DNA of 36,221 nucleotides from Pseudohongiellaceae bacterium (GTDB taxonomy: Bacteria; Pseudomonadota; Gammaproteobacteria; Pseudomonadales; Pseudohongiellaceae), in NCBI GenBank assembly GCA_040902165.1, contig JBBDXV010000113.1, positions 5,743 to 41,963 of the forward strand, written 5' to 3'. Of the stretch, positions 1-10,752 are shown piece after piece. A program made the position numbers and the translations under genes. Position 1 is the stretch's first letter; each line of letters opens with the position of its first letter. The notes beneath the pieces are model-generated. The model was not told where the DNA came from, searched no databases, and saw only the letters and a list, made by a program, of their open reading frames with translations.

Positions 1-27
1 CTTGGGTGTTTCCGGCTGTTCAGCCAC
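1..27 (-). CDS. Possible 5' end of hemX (HemX-like membrane protein); partial, continues beyond the left edge
   Basis: The reverse complement of 1-27 reads GTG GCT GAA CAG CCG GAA ACA CCC AAG (VAEQPETPK). An AGGG Shine-Dalgarno-like motif lies 7 nt upstream. The position, just downstream of the hemD stop, is where hemX sits in the conserved hemCDXY operon. Only 9 codons are visible, so the call is very tentative. Confidence 0.25.
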
Positions 28-38
28 GCTGTTACCCT

Positions 39-60
39 TGCTTGATATTTGCTTGATATT
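39..60. repeat. Perfect 11-bp tandem duplication (tgcttgatatt x2) in the hemD / putative hemX spacer
   Basis: Read directly from the sequence: 39-49 and 50-60 are identical. Confidence 0.9.
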
Positions 61-79
61 TTCCCGCGGTTGGTCAGCC

Positions 80-877
80 TTAAGGTCTTTGCTGCCGATG
101 ACTGGCCAGCGACGCAAGGCTTGCCACTATCGCCGTGTCTTCAGCACTGTTGACATTGATTACCCGGGTGAATCCTGCCGCTATTGCCTGTTGCGCCACC
201 CTTGCTGACGGTACCAGCAATGGTATCAGACCCCAAAAGCTATTGTTACTGTCCGCTATTGAGCCAAGCTGCCGTTGTAATTCCTCCAATATCTGACCGC
301 TGGTCACGACGATCACATTTATGTCTTCCTCCAGTATCAGATTCTGGATTGTTTGTGGTGGGAGCAGCGGTGCCATACGATGATAAAGTTCAATGTAGTC
401 AACTATTGCTCCCCGTTGCCGCAGGGTATCCGCCAGCAATTCCCGACCTCCGACCCCGCGAAAGATTACGATTTTCCGGCCGGCAACTTCCAGCAGCAAA
501 GGCAGACGCAGCAGATCTTCACTACTGACTCCACCGTTTGCAGTCTGGATTTCACACTGCAACGAATCAAGCTCGGCCGCCGTGGCTGGTCCAATCGCCA
601 AAAATACAAGACCCGGAGGCAGTACCGGCCAGAATTGATTTATCCATGGGAGTGCAAGGCGCGCTGCATTGGAGCTGACGAATATGGCGAGCTGATACTG
701 ATCCAGACGGGCAATGCGATCTGCAATCTGTTTAACCGACTCCGGCTCAGCGACCGGTTCAATTGACATCAACGGACATAACACTGCCTTGCCGCCGGCA
801 CGGCAAATCGCATCAGCCAGTACTTCGGCCTGTCCGGCAGGCCTGGTAACAAGGACATTGATCCCTTCAAGCGACAT
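80..877 (-). CDS. hemD: Uroporphyrinogen-III synthase
   Basis: 265-aa ORF. The N-terminus MSLEGINVLVTRPAGQAEVL is the typical HemD VLVTRP start, and the length and two-lobed layout fit. It lies 18 nt downstream of hemC on the same strand, the classic hemCD arrangement. Confidence 0.85.
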   Translation of the reverse strand: MSLEGINVLVTRPAGQAEVLADAICRAGGKAVLCPLMSIEPVAEPESVKQIADRIARLDQYQLAIFVSSNAARLALPWINQFWPVLPPGLVFLAIGPATAAELDSLQCEIQTANGGVSSEDLLRLPLLLEVAGRKIVIFRGVGGRELLADTLRQRGAIVDYIELYHRMAPLLPPQTIQNLILEEDINVIVVTSGQILEELQRQLGSIADSNNSFWGLIPLLVPSARVAQQAIAAGFTRVINVNSAEDTAIVASLASLASHRQQRP

Positions 878-895
878 AACACTTTGCCTTGGTAT

Positions 896-1822
896 TCAAC
901 TTCGCAGTGCCGCGAGAATCCGGTCTGCACCCTGATCCAGCAATTGTTCCGCAACACGCCGGCCCAGTTCTTCCGGTTCGCTTCTCGGACCTTGCTGTTC
1001 GGCGTGTAACAGAACTGACCCGTCTATTTCACCGACGCGACCACGCAGTAGCAGCCGGTCATTGGTCAATTCAGCAAACGCTGCGACCGGAACCTGACAC
1101 CCACCGGCGAGACGGGCATTCAGTGCCCGCTCCGCCCTGACCCGGTCGGCGGTATCGACATGATGCATACAGGCAATCAATCCCTGGACCTGCTGATCAC
1201 TACTTCGATATTCAATTCCCACGGCTCCCTGTCCCACCGCCGGCAGACAATCGCTGAACGACAGGCGCTGTGTGATACGTGAAGACGCTTGCAGACGAAT
1301 CAATCCGGCACTGGCAAGGATGATGGCATCGAACTCTCCATGGTCGAGTTTTCCCAACCGGGTTCCGACGTTGCCCCGCAGGTCCACGATCTTGAGATCA
1401 GGCCGCAAATGACGCAGCTGACACTGGCGACGGAAACTGGAAGTACCGAGACGTGCTCCTGTGGGCAATTCGGCAAAGGAATTGTAATGGTTAGAGACGA
1501 ATGCGTCGGAAGGATCTTCTCTGTGACAGATTACTCCGAGCTCCAGACCCGGTGGAAAATCACTCGGCACATCCTTCATCGAGTGCACGGCAATATCTGC
1601 TTCTCCCGCCAGCATTGCCTGCTCCAGTTCCTTGACAAACAAACCTTTGCCGCCAACCCTGGCCAGGGGAGCATCGAGGATCCTGTCGCCCTTGGTGGTC
1701 ATCGCGAGTAGCTCCACAATCAGGTCCGGATGCGCCTGTTCGAGAGACTGTTTGACGAAATTGGCCTGCCACATGGCGAGGGGGCTTTGACGGGTTGCTA
1801 TTCTTAACCGGCGGTGTGGCAT
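896..1822 (-). CDS. hemC: Hydroxymethylbilane synthase (porphobilinogen deaminase)
   Basis: 308 aa. Characteristic HemC blocks are present: [44 protein letters not shown] and the cofactor-cysteine context [13 protein letters not shown]. Confidence 0.95.
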   Translation of the reverse strand: MPHRRLRIATRQSPLAMWQANFVKQSLEQAHPDLIVELLAMTTKGDRILDAPLARVGGKGLFVKELEQAMLAGEADIAVHSMKDVPSDFPPGLELGVICHREDPSDAFVSNHYNSFAELPTGARLGTSSFRRQCQLRHLRPDLKIVDLRGNVGTRLGKLDHGEFDAIILASAGLIRLQASSRITQRLSFSDCLPAVGQGAVGIEYRSSDQQVQGLIACMHHVDTADRVRAERALNARLAGGCQVPVAAFAELTNDRLLLRGRVGEIDGSVLLHAEQQGPRSEPEELGRRVAEQLLDQGADRILAALRS

Positions 1823-1894
1823 GGCTGTTGGTCTGCTCGTTTGGATTTGCCAGTAGGCATTTTACGGGAATCCCGATGATTGTCCGAATAATAT

Positions 1895-1903
1895 TGCTAT
1901 AAT
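1895..1903 (+). promoter_or_regulatory. Candidate extended -10 promoter element (TGcTATAAT) for argH
   Basis: tgctataat at 1895-1903, 38 nt upstream of the argH ATG, in the hemC/argH divergent intergenic region. I found no convincing -35 element. This is a sequence match only. Confidence 0.3.
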
Positions 1904-1940
1904 CGCGGGCCAGTTAAACCACCAATGTGCAGAACCGATC

Positions 1941-3350
1941 ATGAAAAGAAAGAAGCCTTCTTCCAAACCCTGGAGCGGCAGATTCGCTGAACCGACCGAC
2001 GCTTTTGTGGAAAGGTTTACCGCCTCGGTAACTTTTGACCAACGCATGGCAAATCAGGATATCAACGGTTCTATTGCCCATGCCAGCATGCTGCACAAGG
2101 TTGGCATCCTGACCAGGAAGGAAACAGACAGTATTGTTAAGGGTCTGGAGACCATTCGCGGGGAAATTCATAGCGGCAAGTTTCCCTGGTCAATTGCCCT
2201 GGAAGATGTGCACATGAATATCGAATCCGTGTTGACCGAGCGTATCGGTGTTGCAGGCAAGAAACTCCACACCGGAAGATCACGCAATGATCAGGTGGCA
2301 ACCGACATCAGACTGTATGTTCGCGATGAGATTGACGCGATTGCAAAGCGTATTACCGCCCTGCAGCAGGCATTGCTGAATCTGGCAGAGCAGTATACCG
2401 GAACCATTATGCCCGGATTTACTCATCTGCAAACCGCACAGCCGGTTACGTTTGGACATCATCTGATGGCCTGGTTTGAAATGTTGCACAGGGATTATGG
2501 CCGACTGCAGGACTGTCGCAAGCGGCTCAATCAATCACCACTGGGGGCGGCCGCTCTGGCCGGCACTTCCTATCCCATCGACAGGGAGCTCGTTGCGGAG
2601 CTGCTGGGTTTCGATGGACCAACACAGAATTCGCTTGATTCTGTAAGTGACCGGGACTTCGCCATCGAACTGGCCGCGTTTGCCAGCCTGCTGATGACAC
2701 ACCTGTCCCGATTCTCCGAGGAGCTTGTGTTATGGGCTTCTGGTCAATTCGATTTTATCGAACTTCCGGACAGGTTCTGCACCGGCTCTTCCATCATGCC
2801 GCAGAAAAAGAACCCGGACGTGCCGGAACTGGTACGCGGCAAAACCGGCAGAGTCTATGGTCATCTGGTCGCCTTGCTGACGCTTATGAAGTCACAGCCT
2901 CTGGCTTATAACAAGGATAACCAGGAGGATAAAGAACCGTTGTTTGACTTGATAGACACGGTCAAGGATTGTCTGCAGGCATACATTGATATGGTGCCGG
3001 CGATCAGCCCAAAGCCGGACAAGATGTACCAGTCGGCATCACGCGGGTATGCGACAGCCACCGACCTGGCTGATTATCTTGTCAATCAGGGAGTAGCGTT
3101 TCGCGATGCGCATGAAATCGTCGGCAAATCCGTTGCCTATGCGATCCGCAAAGGGAAAGATCTTGCCGAGCTGGAGCTGCACGAACTGCAACAGTTTTCG
3201 GAAGCTATCCGAGAGGACGTATTTGTACGCCTGAGCCTGGAAGGTTCAGTGAAGTCCCGTTGTCACGTGGGTGGAACTGCACCGAAACAGGTATTGGAAG
3301 CGATCAAAAAGCGACGTCGGGAACTGGCCCGGCGTCAGGATGCAAACTAG
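1941..3350 (+). CDS. argH: Argininosuccinate lyase
   Basis: 469 aa. It has the [21 protein letters not shown]-terminus, the fumarate-lyase signature [16 protein letters not shown], and SRNDQVATD. Confidence 0.95.
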   Translation: MKRKKPSSKPWSGRFAEPTDAFVERFTASVTFDQRMANQDINGSIAHASMLHKVGILTRKETDSIVKGLETIRGEIHSGKFPWSIALEDVHMNIESVLTERIGVAGKKLHTGRSRNDQVATDIRLYVRDEIDAIAKRITALQQALLNLAEQYTGTIMPGFTHLQTAQPVTFGHHLMAWFEMLHRDYGRLQDCRKRLNQSPLGAAALAGTSYPIDRELVAELLGFDGPTQNSLDSVSDRDFAIELAAFASLLMTHLSRFSEELVLWASGQFDFIELPDRFCTGSSIMPQKKNPDVPELVRGKTGRVYGHLVALLTLMKSQPLAYNKDNQEDKEPLFDLIDTVKDCLQAYIDMVPAISPKPDKMYQSASRGYATATDLADYLVNQGVAFRDAHEIVGKSVAYAIRKGKDLAELELHELQQFSEAIREDVFVRLSLEGSVKSRCHVGGTAPKQVLEAIKKRRRELARRQDAN

Positions 3351-3398
3351 GGAACCTGTGAACAACTGACTCTGGATTGGAGACCCGGGCTGACAGCC

Positions 3399-4481
3399 TT
3401 ACTGTGACGACGGTGCCATAAGTTCCACGTTATAACGTAAAGTATCGTTCTCACGCCGGGTGATCAACTCCACTGTCTCTCCAGCCTTGTGGTTTTCCAG
3501 CACCGAAACCAGGTCATCCTCGTTGCGAACCTCGACTCCGTCGATTTCCACGATCACATCGCCCAGCACCCATCCATAGCGATTGCGAGTCAGTCCGCGC
3601 ATGCCCTGCTGTGCCAGACTGCTGCCCTCAAGAACGTCGCCCACCATGACACCTTCGATGCCGGAACTCATGCGCAGATAATCTGCCTGCGATTGTGAGA
3701 ACAGACTGACTCCCATTACCGGCGTCTGCACCCGACCATAGGCAATCAATTCCGGCACAATCTTTTTGACCGTATTCACCGGTATCGCGAAACCAATTCC
3801 TGAGCTGGCGCCGCTGGGGCTGTAGATAGCGGTGTTGACACCTATCAGCTGACCCAGGGAATTCAGCAGCGGGCCGCCGGAGTTTCCCGGATTGATCGCC
3901 GCGTCGGTCTGGATTACATCGCGAATCTTGCGCCGGCTGACCGAATCAATTTCCCGCCCCAGTGCGCTTACCACTCCAACTGTCATGGTCGTATCCAGAC
4001 CAAAGGGATTGCCGATGGCAATCACTTTGCGACCCACTTCCAGCAACGACGAGTCGCCCAAGGTGACAGGAACCAGCTTTTCCCGCGGCGCTTCTATCTT
4101 CAGTACTGCCAGGTCCTTGTCCGGCTCCACGCCCACTGCAACGGCATCATAGGTACTCCCATCCTGCAGGGTGACGGTCACCCGGTTTGCCTGCTGCACT
4201 ACATGGAAATTGGTTACCACAAAGCCGTCTTCATTCCAGATGAAGCCGGAACCGCTGCCCTGTGGCACTTCTTCCGGATTGGGTGAATAGAATGAACGTA
4301 TCAGTCGCGAATTGGTAATAAACACCACTGAAGGGCTGGCATGCTTGAAAACCTCGATATTGTTTTCTTCATCGTTGGTCTTGAACAGCGCATAGTCCTG
4401 TGCCAGTAATCCCTGTTCCGGCGCGCCAAGCAGCGACAGCAACGACAGCAGCGACAACACGACACTCTTGATCCTGTTCAT
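3399..4481 (-). CDS. Periplasmic S1C (HtrA/DegQ/DegS-like) serine endoprotease with a single C-terminal PDZ domain
   Basis: The catalytic triad contexts are TNFHVV (His), DKDLAVLKI (Asp) and GNSGGPLLN (Ser). The C-terminal stretch GDVIVEIDGVEVRN...GETVELITRR is PDZ-like. I chose the ATG at 4481 (MNRIKSVVLSLLSLLSLLGAPEQ, a signal peptide) over the TTG at 4532 used by the ORF track. Confidence 0.85.
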   Translation of the reverse strand: MNRIKSVVLSLLSLLSLLGAPEQGLLAQDYALFKTNDEENNIEVFKHASPSVVFITNSRLIRSFYSPNPEEVPQGSGSGFIWNEDGFVVTNFHVVQQANRVTVTLQDGSTYDAVAVGVEPDKDLAVLKIEAPREKLVPVTLGDSSLLEVGRKVIAIGNPFGLDTTMTVGVVSALGREIDSVSRRKIRDVIQTDAAINPGNSGGPLLNSLGQLIGVNTAIYSPSGASSGIGFAIPVNTVKKIVPELIAYGRVQTPVMGVSLFSQSQADYLRMSSGIEGVMVGDVLEGSSLAQQGMRGLTRNRYGWVLGDVIVEIDGVEVRNEDDLVSVLENHKAGETVELITRRENDTLRYNVELMAPSSQ

Positions 4482-4635
4482 AAAGTGATTACTCCAGGCT
4501 GGTAAAGACGGGTGCTTGCAGCTCAACCTCAAGATTCATAAAGTATGCGCATTCCAGCGGAATTCAAGCTTGCCGCTACAGAAAGTTCAATGCGTATCCG
4601 CCCAAGGCCTGCAAATCCGGGATCGGGGCACCGGG

Positions 4636-6537
4636 TCAGCGACTGTCCTGCAGTAATTGTTCCAGTTCCTCGCTGGCCTGCAGCCAGCTTTCTTCAGTCT
4701 GGGCCAGTTGACGAATCACCTCGCCCTGACGCTGCAACAATCGGTTCAACTCGATTTTTCTGCCTGCCTCGTAAAGATCCCCGTCTGCAAGCAGGTCGTT
4801 GATCTGTGCAACTTCACGCCCAAGATCCGTGAGCATCTTTTCCAGTTGCTGCAGTTTCCGTCTTTGTGGCGCCAGCTGTTCACGCTTTACCGCTGCCTGT
4901 TGCCGTCGTTGTTTTTTGTCCTCCGGGCGTGTGTCCGCAACGTCAGCCTGCCTGGGCATTTCGGCGACATTCACGGCTGTCAGCAGCATTTTTTCATAGT
5001 CGGAAAGATCACCGTCGAAAAGTTTGCACTTACCGTCTCTAATCAGATAAAACTCATCCACTGTATTGTTCAGGAGATGGCGGTCGTGAGACACAATTAT
5101 CACGGCCCCGGAAAACTCCTGCAAGGCGACCGTCAAGGCATGCCGCATTTCTAGATCAAGATGGTTGGTCGGTTCATCCATCAACAGAAGGTTAGGCTGT
5201 TGCCAACAGACGATGGCCAGAGCCAGGCGCGCCTTCTCCCCGCCGGAGAAATTGATTACCGGTTCCAGCACCCGGTTTCCCTGGAAGTCAAATCCACCAA
5301 GATAATCGCGAATATCCTGTTCTCGCTGTTGCGGTCGCAACAGCTGTAATTGGGCCAACGGGCTGGTCTGCAGGTTAAGTACATCCACCTGATGCTGGGC
5401 AAAATAGCCAACTCGCAAGCCGCGTGCGCGGTTTATTTCTCCGCCCAGAGGCAAGAGCATGCCGCCCAGCACCTTGAGTAATGTTGATTTTCCGCAACCG
5501 TTGACACCGAGCAAGCCGATGCGCGTGGTCGATCGCACACTGAGATTTATATCGCTCACCAGTACCCGGTCGAATCCGATCGCGAGTTTGTCGAGCGTGA
5601 GCAGGAACTCCGGCTGTTGCAGCGGCTGTGGAAAGCGGAAATGAAATGGGGAATCCACGTGCGCGGCAGCTATCTCCTCCATCCGCTTCAATACCTTCAA
5701 GCGACTCTGCGCCTGCCTAGCCTTGGTTGCCTTGTAGCGGAACCGTCTGACAAAGTCCTCGATTTCCGCCCGGCGTCGTTGTTGCTTCTCGTACATGGCT
5801 TGTTGCAGCGCAAGTCGTTCTGCGCGCTGGACTTCGTAGGCGCTGAAATTGCCGCGGTAATAAACCAGCCGGTGATTTTCAAAACTCACCACCCCGTCGA
5901 TAACCCGGTCCAGAAAATCCCGGTCATGGGAAATAATCAGCAATGTTCCCTGATAGCGTGCGAGCCATCCTTCCAGCCAAAGCGTAGCCTCCAGATCAAG
6001 ATGGTTAGTCGGTTCATCCAGCATGAGTAGATCGGAAGGGCACATCAGCGCGGCAGCAAGATTGAGCCGGATACGCCAGCCGCCGGAGAAAGCTGAAACC
6101 GGAAGCTCGAACTGTTCAACTCCAAAACCAAGGCCAGACAACAGTTGCCGGGCACGGGTAGTCACGGAATAGGCGTCCAGCGCGTCCAGTTCACTGTGGA
6201 TTCGGGCGATGGCTGCATCATCGTGGTTTGACTCGGCATCGCTCAGCTGTCGCTCCAGCTCACGATAGGCATTGTCACCATCAATGACAAATTCCAGCGC
6301 CTTACGCTGCGTATCGAGAATCTCCTGCCGCATGCTCGCGATCCGCAGCTTTTCGGGAAGTTGCAGCTCACCCTCTTCAAGCGGCAATTCCCCGCGCAAG
6401 CAGGCAAACAGACTGGACTTGCCACTGCCATTTCGACCTATGATGCCTATCTTGTGACCGCGTTGTATCACCAGATTGGTGTGGTCGAGCAGGGTCTGCG
6501 GACCACGAATCAGTACTGCATTACTCAGGGATATCAT
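4636..6537 (-). CDS. yheS: ABC-F family ATPase (two ABC cassettes, no membrane domain), YheS-type
   Basis: 633 aa. There are two Walker A motifs (GRNGSGKSS, GVNGCGKST) and two ABC signatures (FSGGWRIRL, FSGGEKARL). The inter-domain linker QQQAMYEKQQ...RYKATKARQAQSRLK and the C-terminal coiled coil fit E. coli YheS, which is of similar length, as I recall that sequence. Confidence 0.85.
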   Translation of the reverse strand: MISLSNAVLIRGPQTLLDHTNLVIQRGHKIGIIGRNGSGKSSLFACLRGELPLEEGELQLPEKLRIASMRQEILDTQRKALEFVIDGDNAYRELERQLSDAESNHDDAAIARIHSELDALDAYSVTTRARQLLSGLGFGVEQFELPVSAFSGGWRIRLNLAAALMCPSDLLMLDEPTNHLDLEATLWLEGWLARYQGTLLIISHDRDFLDRVIDGVVSFENHRLVYYRGNFSAYEVQRAERLALQQAMYEKQQRRRAEIEDFVRRFRYKATKARQAQSRLKVLKRMEEIAAAHVDSPFHFRFPQPLQQPEFLLTLDKLAIGFDRVLVSDINLSVRSTTRIGLLGVNGCGKSTLLKVLGGMLLPLGGEINRARGLRVGYFAQHQVDVLNLQTSPLAQLQLLRPQQREQDIRDYLGGFDFQGNRVLEPVINFSGGEKARLALAIVCWQQPNLLLMDEPTNHLDLEMRHALTVALQEFSGAVIIVSHDRHLLNNTVDEFYLIRDGKCKLFDGDLSDYEKMLLTAVNVAEMPRQADVADTRPEDKKQRRQQAAVKREQLAPQRRKLQQLEKMLTDLGREVAQINDLLADGDLYEAGRKIELNRLLQRQGEVIRQLAQTEESWLQASEELEQLLQDSR

Positions 6538-6683
6538 GCGTGAAAATACCGGTCATCTTTATGCATCGCCCGACTGTCGGAGCAGTCCGGGTCGGGCGCT
6601 ATGGTACACGATTGGCCTTCTCCGGCTAATTGATTTCGGCAGGTCGAATTCGTACTATTGCCAAAGCTTTTCAAGGTGCCCAT

Positions 6684-7385
6684 ATGAAACAGATACTGAT
6701 CATAGATGACGACGAGAAACTGGGTCAGCTCCTGACACAGTATCTTGAACGTCACGAAATGTCCGTCAGCGTAGCGCTTACTCCGTCGCGCGGATTCGAA
6801 ATGCTCAAAAGGATCAAGCCGGATCTGTTGATTCTGGATGTGATGCTGCCGGAGAAAGACGGATTCGAAGTGTGCCGGGAGATTCGCGCCAAGTCTTCGA
6901 TTTACGGTCAGCTCCCCATTTTGATGCTGACTGCCCACGGCGAAGTCACTGACCGGATTGTCGGCCTGGAATTGGGTGCTGATGATTATCTGCCCAAGCC
7001 GTTTGAACCCAGGGAGCTGGTGGCCAGGATTCACAATATCCTGCGGCGCACTTCCGACGACGCCAATTCAGGAAGAGAAGTCAAACCTATCAACGGTCTG
7101 GAGCTGGATGTGACACGCAGGGAAGCAAGCCTCGATGGCGAATTGCTTGAACTGACCACCATGGAATACGAACTTCTGCTGTTGTTCATGCAGCATCCGA
7201 ACAAAACCTTCACGCGCGATGAGCTGATGAATCGGCTGCGCGGAATTGATGCTGAATTGTTTTCCAGGGCCGTGGATACACTGGTAAGTCGTCTGCGCCA
7301 CAAATTGAAAGACACTTCAAAAACACCGCGGTTTATCAAGACAGTGTGGGGGCGCGGCTATACTTTTGTTGGAGCGAGTAAATGA
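6684..7385 (+). CDS. OmpR/PhoB-family response regulator (receiver domain plus winged-helix DNA-binding domain)
   Basis: MKQILIIDDDEKLG...DLLILDVMLPEKDG...LGADDYLPKPFEPRELVARI is the receiver domain. The C-terminal LTTMEYELLLLFMQHP...VWGRGYTF is the OmpR-type winged helix. I chose the ATG at 6684; the track's upstream extension from 6630 is not needed. Confidence 0.9.
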   Translation: MKQILIIDDDEKLGQLLTQYLERHEMSVSVALTPSRGFEMLKRIKPDLLILDVMLPEKDGFEVCREIRAKSSIYGQLPILMLTAHGEVTDRIVGLELGADDYLPKPFEPRELVARIHNILRRTSDDANSGREVKPINGLELDVTRREASLDGELLELTTMEYELLLLFMQHPNKTFTRDELMNRLRGIDAELFSRAVDTLVSRLRHKLKDTSKTPRFIKTVWGRGYTFVGASK

Positions 7386-8713
7386 TCCCCCTGGTTTACC
7401 AGGTAAAACGTTCACTTTTTTCCCGCCTGCTGCTGATCTTCAGCGTCACGGTAGTGGTTATCTTTGCCATCATCTGGATTTCCCTCAATCAGCTGAACCA
7501 GATTAACAGCAATCGTATTGTGGCCATGCCCAATTTTCTGGTTCGCAATCTGGAATCCATTATTGACGAGATCGGCACACCACCAAATCTGGAAGTTGCT
7601 TCTCTGCTGGCGCAGGAGCTTGACTGGACCATCGGTATCAAAGACCCGCTGATGGACTGGCGCTCTGACAATAACTTCAGACTGTATGTGGAAAATTCCC
7701 AATACAGCCGTGCCTTGTCCCAGGATGCTGAGATCAGAACAATCAACAATGAAGATGTCATTGTCGTGAATCGCGATAATTACGAATATTTCATGCACCA
7801 GCGATCTTTGCAGTCCACCGAATACAACTATGTCGGCTTGTATATCGGTCTGGCATTGGCGGCGGGAGTGCTGTTCCTGAACTATCTTATGGTGAACAAT
7901 CTGCTCGATCCGGTGCGTGAACTGAAAGAAGGGGCTGAACGTATCCAGCGCGGCGATCTCGGTTTTCGCGTCAGTACCGATCGCCAGGATGAGCTTGGTG
8001 AGCTGACCAACAGCGTCAACCATATGGCCGACTCATTGCAGTCCATGCTTGAGGCAAAACGTCAGCTGCTGCTGGCCATCAGTCATGAGTTGCGAACGCC
8101 GATAACCCGCGCAAAACTGCAACTGGAATTCATGGAAGACGGATCCGGCAAACAGAATCTCAATGACGATCTGAACGAGATTGATTTATTGATCTCCGAT
8201 TTGCTGGAAGCCGAAAGGCTCAACAACAAGCATTCCGTTCTGGTGGCGGAAACAGTCGATATTTCCGCATTCCTTGCATCAGTAACCGAGTCCTACAATG
8301 ATTACGCTGGCGGCTTTAAATTCACCGGACTGGAACAGGACGAGGAAGTCGTACTGGACCGGTTGCGCGTGCGTCTGTTAATGACGAACCTGCTGAACAA
8401 CGCCATTCGTCACGGAGAAAACAAACCTATCGAGGTTACGCTGAGTTACAGTATTGGCGTTTCCACGATCGAGGTTGTTGATCATGGTGAAGGCATTGCC
8501 GACCATCATCTGGCCAAACTGACTGAGCCGTTCTACCGGGCCGACAGTGCCAGACAGCGAAATACCGGTGGCTTTGGCCTTGGATTGTATCTGTGCCGGC
8601 TGATCGCGGAAGCACACGGCGGCTCCATGAGAGTCAGCAGTCAGCTCGGCGCCGGGACGATCATCACCGTGACCCTGCCGAAACAGCCTCCGGACTACAA
8701 GTACGTCTCGTAA
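7382..8713 (+). CDS. Sensor histidine kinase (two TM segments, HAMP, HisKA, HATPase_c)
   Basis: There are two hydrophobic segments flanking a periplasmic region of about 120 aa. The HAMP region is DPVRELKEGAERIQRGDLGFRV...ELGELTNSVNHMADSL, the H-box is ISHELRTPIT, the N-box is LLNNAIRHG and the G-boxes are DHGEGI / GGFGLGLYLC. The start overlaps the regulator's stop (ATGA), indicating translational coupling. Confidence 0.9.
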   Translation: MIPLVYQVKRSLFSRLLLIFSVTVVVIFAIIWISLNQLNQINSNRIVAMPNFLVRNLESIIDEIGTPPNLEVASLLAQELDWTIGIKDPLMDWRSDNNFRLYVENSQYSRALSQDAEIRTINNEDVIVVNRDNYEYFMHQRSLQSTEYNYVGLYIGLALAAGVLFLNYLMVNNLLDPVRELKEGAERIQRGDLGFRVSTDRQDELGELTNSVNHMADSLQSMLEAKRQLLLAISHELRTPITRAKLQLEFMEDGSGKQNLNDDLNEIDLLISDLLEAERLNNKHSVLVAETVDISAFLASVTESYNDYAGGFKFTGLEQDEEVVLDRLRVRLLMTNLLNNAIRHGENKPIEVTLSYSIGVSTIEVVDHGEGIADHHLAKLTEPFYRADSARQRNTGGFGLGLYLCRLIAEAHGGSMRVSSQLGAGTIITVTLPKQPPDYKYVS

Positions 8714-8720
8714 TCGCGGA

Positions 8721-10694
8721 TCACGCCGACTGGCGGCGTCGCTGTGTACGCAGGTAACCCATCGTCAACATCAGGATCGTCAGCAGCAGCGGGACCAGAC
8801 CGGTGTTGATGGCTTTAAGCCTCGACCCGAGCTGTTCGATGTCCTCGTTGAGCTGATGCTGCACGTCCCGCAGCTGACCTCGGGTGGCAAGTATTTCTTC
8901 ATTGACCCGATCAATTTCCTGCTGCACTTCCGGCGTAATTGTCGGAATCAGCTGATCGTTCTCATCACGACTCAGTTCATTGAGACGCTCTTCAGTTGCT
9001 GCCAGCGATTCCAGCAATGCCGTCTCTTCCATGCGCAATTGGTCATCGGCCTGACGCTGCAGATCCAATACCCGGGTAAAAGGTCTTGAATAGCGCCCAC
9101 GGCTGCGAATACTGACCAGGTCAGCGCTACCGCTCAAATTATCCAGAGCGTTCACCACAAAATCGCCGTTGTTCGCAAACGGCTGCGGAATACGCTGACC
9201 GAGGAATTGAGCGACCTGTACCCACATTCGATCGCTCAACAAATCCGTGTCCGCAACAATAATCAGGTTTACCTCAGCATTAGAGGTGGTCAAATGCTCA
9301 GGTACAGGTTCAGCATCTATCGCTGGTGTCTGGACTGTATCGGTAGCTGCGTCCGTATTTCCGACTGCTTCAGCAACTTCTTCTTCAACAGCAGAGTCCT
9401 CCAGCGGTGGTCCATCGGGGAAAGCAGTGCTGATCATGCCGCTGACTCTGGCGGCAATAACATATCGCTGATCGGCGGACTCGAACTCATCAAACAATAT
9501 CGAAGGGTCAGTTACATTCTGCATCAGACCGGCGTCCATCAACATCGCGTTGCTGCTGCTCTGGATCAGTGGCTCAAACCGTGTAGTGGCACCTTCCATG
9601 GGACTGATGACACCAGTGGACGAGGCGTTGACGGATTCCAGTCTGCTGGTAATCACATCGTTGAAAGTCAGTCCGGCGCTTTGAATACCCAGCATGCCAA
9701 GGTGCGGCACCGGTCGCTGACCCTGACCAAACACGACACGCAGGGCAAGCTCACTGTCAGTCAGTACCTGGCTGCTGTCATAACTCACTCCCCAGGCTGA
9801 CAGCAGTGTTGGCAAATCCGAATCCACACCTGCCGGAATGGTGACACCGAACTCTGATGCCTGAATCAGGCTGTCGGCATTGGGATCAAGGAAAACCATC
9901 GCCTTGCCATGACGGAGCACGTGCTGATCCACTGCATAGAGCATTTTTTCCGAAAGCTCGACCGGGTGCACGATCATCAATATGTCGATTTCCTGATCGA
10001 TTTCACCTGTAGTCATATCGATGCGCCGGGTTTCGTACAACTGCCGCACCACGTCCATGATTGTCCAGGGTGGGGTCGCCTGGCCGAAAGCCGGATTGAA
10101 ACCGCCATCCATATCCAGATCGGTGAGAATGCCAACGATTTGACGATCCGGATTCTCCACCCTGGTTACCAGTTTCATGAACTCATACTCGAGAAACTCC
10201 TCCTGATCAGGGCGAATGAGACCCATGGTTTCTGATATGCGAGGGGCCATACCGGTTTCATCCTGTTCCACCACTTCTGCTACCACCAGTCCAAAATAAA
10301 CACCTTCCCCGCCCTGGGAAATCGGCACCGCCTGGATGCCGAACCGGGTTGCCAGATCTTCCTCTTCCGAGAATGGTTCGGGGTCCACTACTGAAAATCT
10401 CAGGTTGCCATTGCTGGCAATTGACATTTCGCGCATTAGCTCCTGGACCCTGACGGCATAACTTCTTATCTGGGGAACGTCGGCAGTCGCCTCATCAGAA
10501 TAAAAGAAGATCATCTCGATGGGCCGGTTCAAGTTTGACAGGATATTCCTGGTACCGTCCGACAAAGAATAAAGTCTGTCTTCCGTCAAATCGATGCGAA
10601 GGGAGGGGATCAAGCTGATAATCGCAACCGACAGCAAAAGAAATACTGCAATTGACAAAAGTCCAGCTGATGAAAAGAGAGATTTGCTGTTCAT
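8721..10694 (-). CDS. GldG-like auxiliary component of an ABC-2 transporter (large extracytoplasmic protein with an N-terminal TM, C-terminal coiled coil and C-terminal TM)
   Basis: 657 aa. The N-terminal anchor is followed by RIDLTEDRLYSLSDGT, the typical start of the GldG / ABC-type uncharacterized transport system family. The C-terminus has a coiled coil followed by a TM segment. It is the third gene after an ABC ATPase and an ABC-2 permease, matching gldA-gldF-gldG order. Confidence 0.75.
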   Translation of the reverse strand: MNSKSLFSSAGLLSIAVFLLLSVAIISLIPSLRIDLTEDRLYSLSDGTRNILSNLNRPIEMIFFYSDEATADVPQIRSYAVRVQELMREMSIASNGNLRFSVVDPEPFSEEEDLATRFGIQAVPISQGGEGVYFGLVVAEVVEQDETGMAPRISETMGLIRPDQEEFLEYEFMKLVTRVENPDRQIVGILTDLDMDGGFNPAFGQATPPWTIMDVVRQLYETRRIDMTTGEIDQEIDILMIVHPVELSEKMLYAVDQHVLRHGKAMVFLDPNADSLIQASEFGVTIPAGVDSDLPTLLSAWGVSYDSSQVLTDSELALRVVFGQGQRPVPHLGMLGIQSAGLTFNDVITSRLESVNASSTGVISPMEGATTRFEPLIQSSSNAMLMDAGLMQNVTDPSILFDEFESADQRYVIAARVSGMISTAFPDGPPLEDSAVEEEVAEAVGNTDAATDTVQTPAIDAEPVPEHLTTSNAEVNLIIVADTDLLSDRMWVQVAQFLGQRIPQPFANNGDFVVNALDNLSGSADLVSIRSRGRYSRPFTRVLDLQRQADDQLRMEETALLESLAATEERLNELSRDENDQLIPTITPEVQQEIDRVNEEILATRGQLRDVQHQLNEDIEQLGSRLKAINTGLVPLLLTILMLTMGYLRTQRRRQSA

Positions 10695-10752
10695 TGATTC
10701 TACTCGTCAAACTCGCATTGGCTGATCATTATTGGGTTGGTGAAATACTGCC

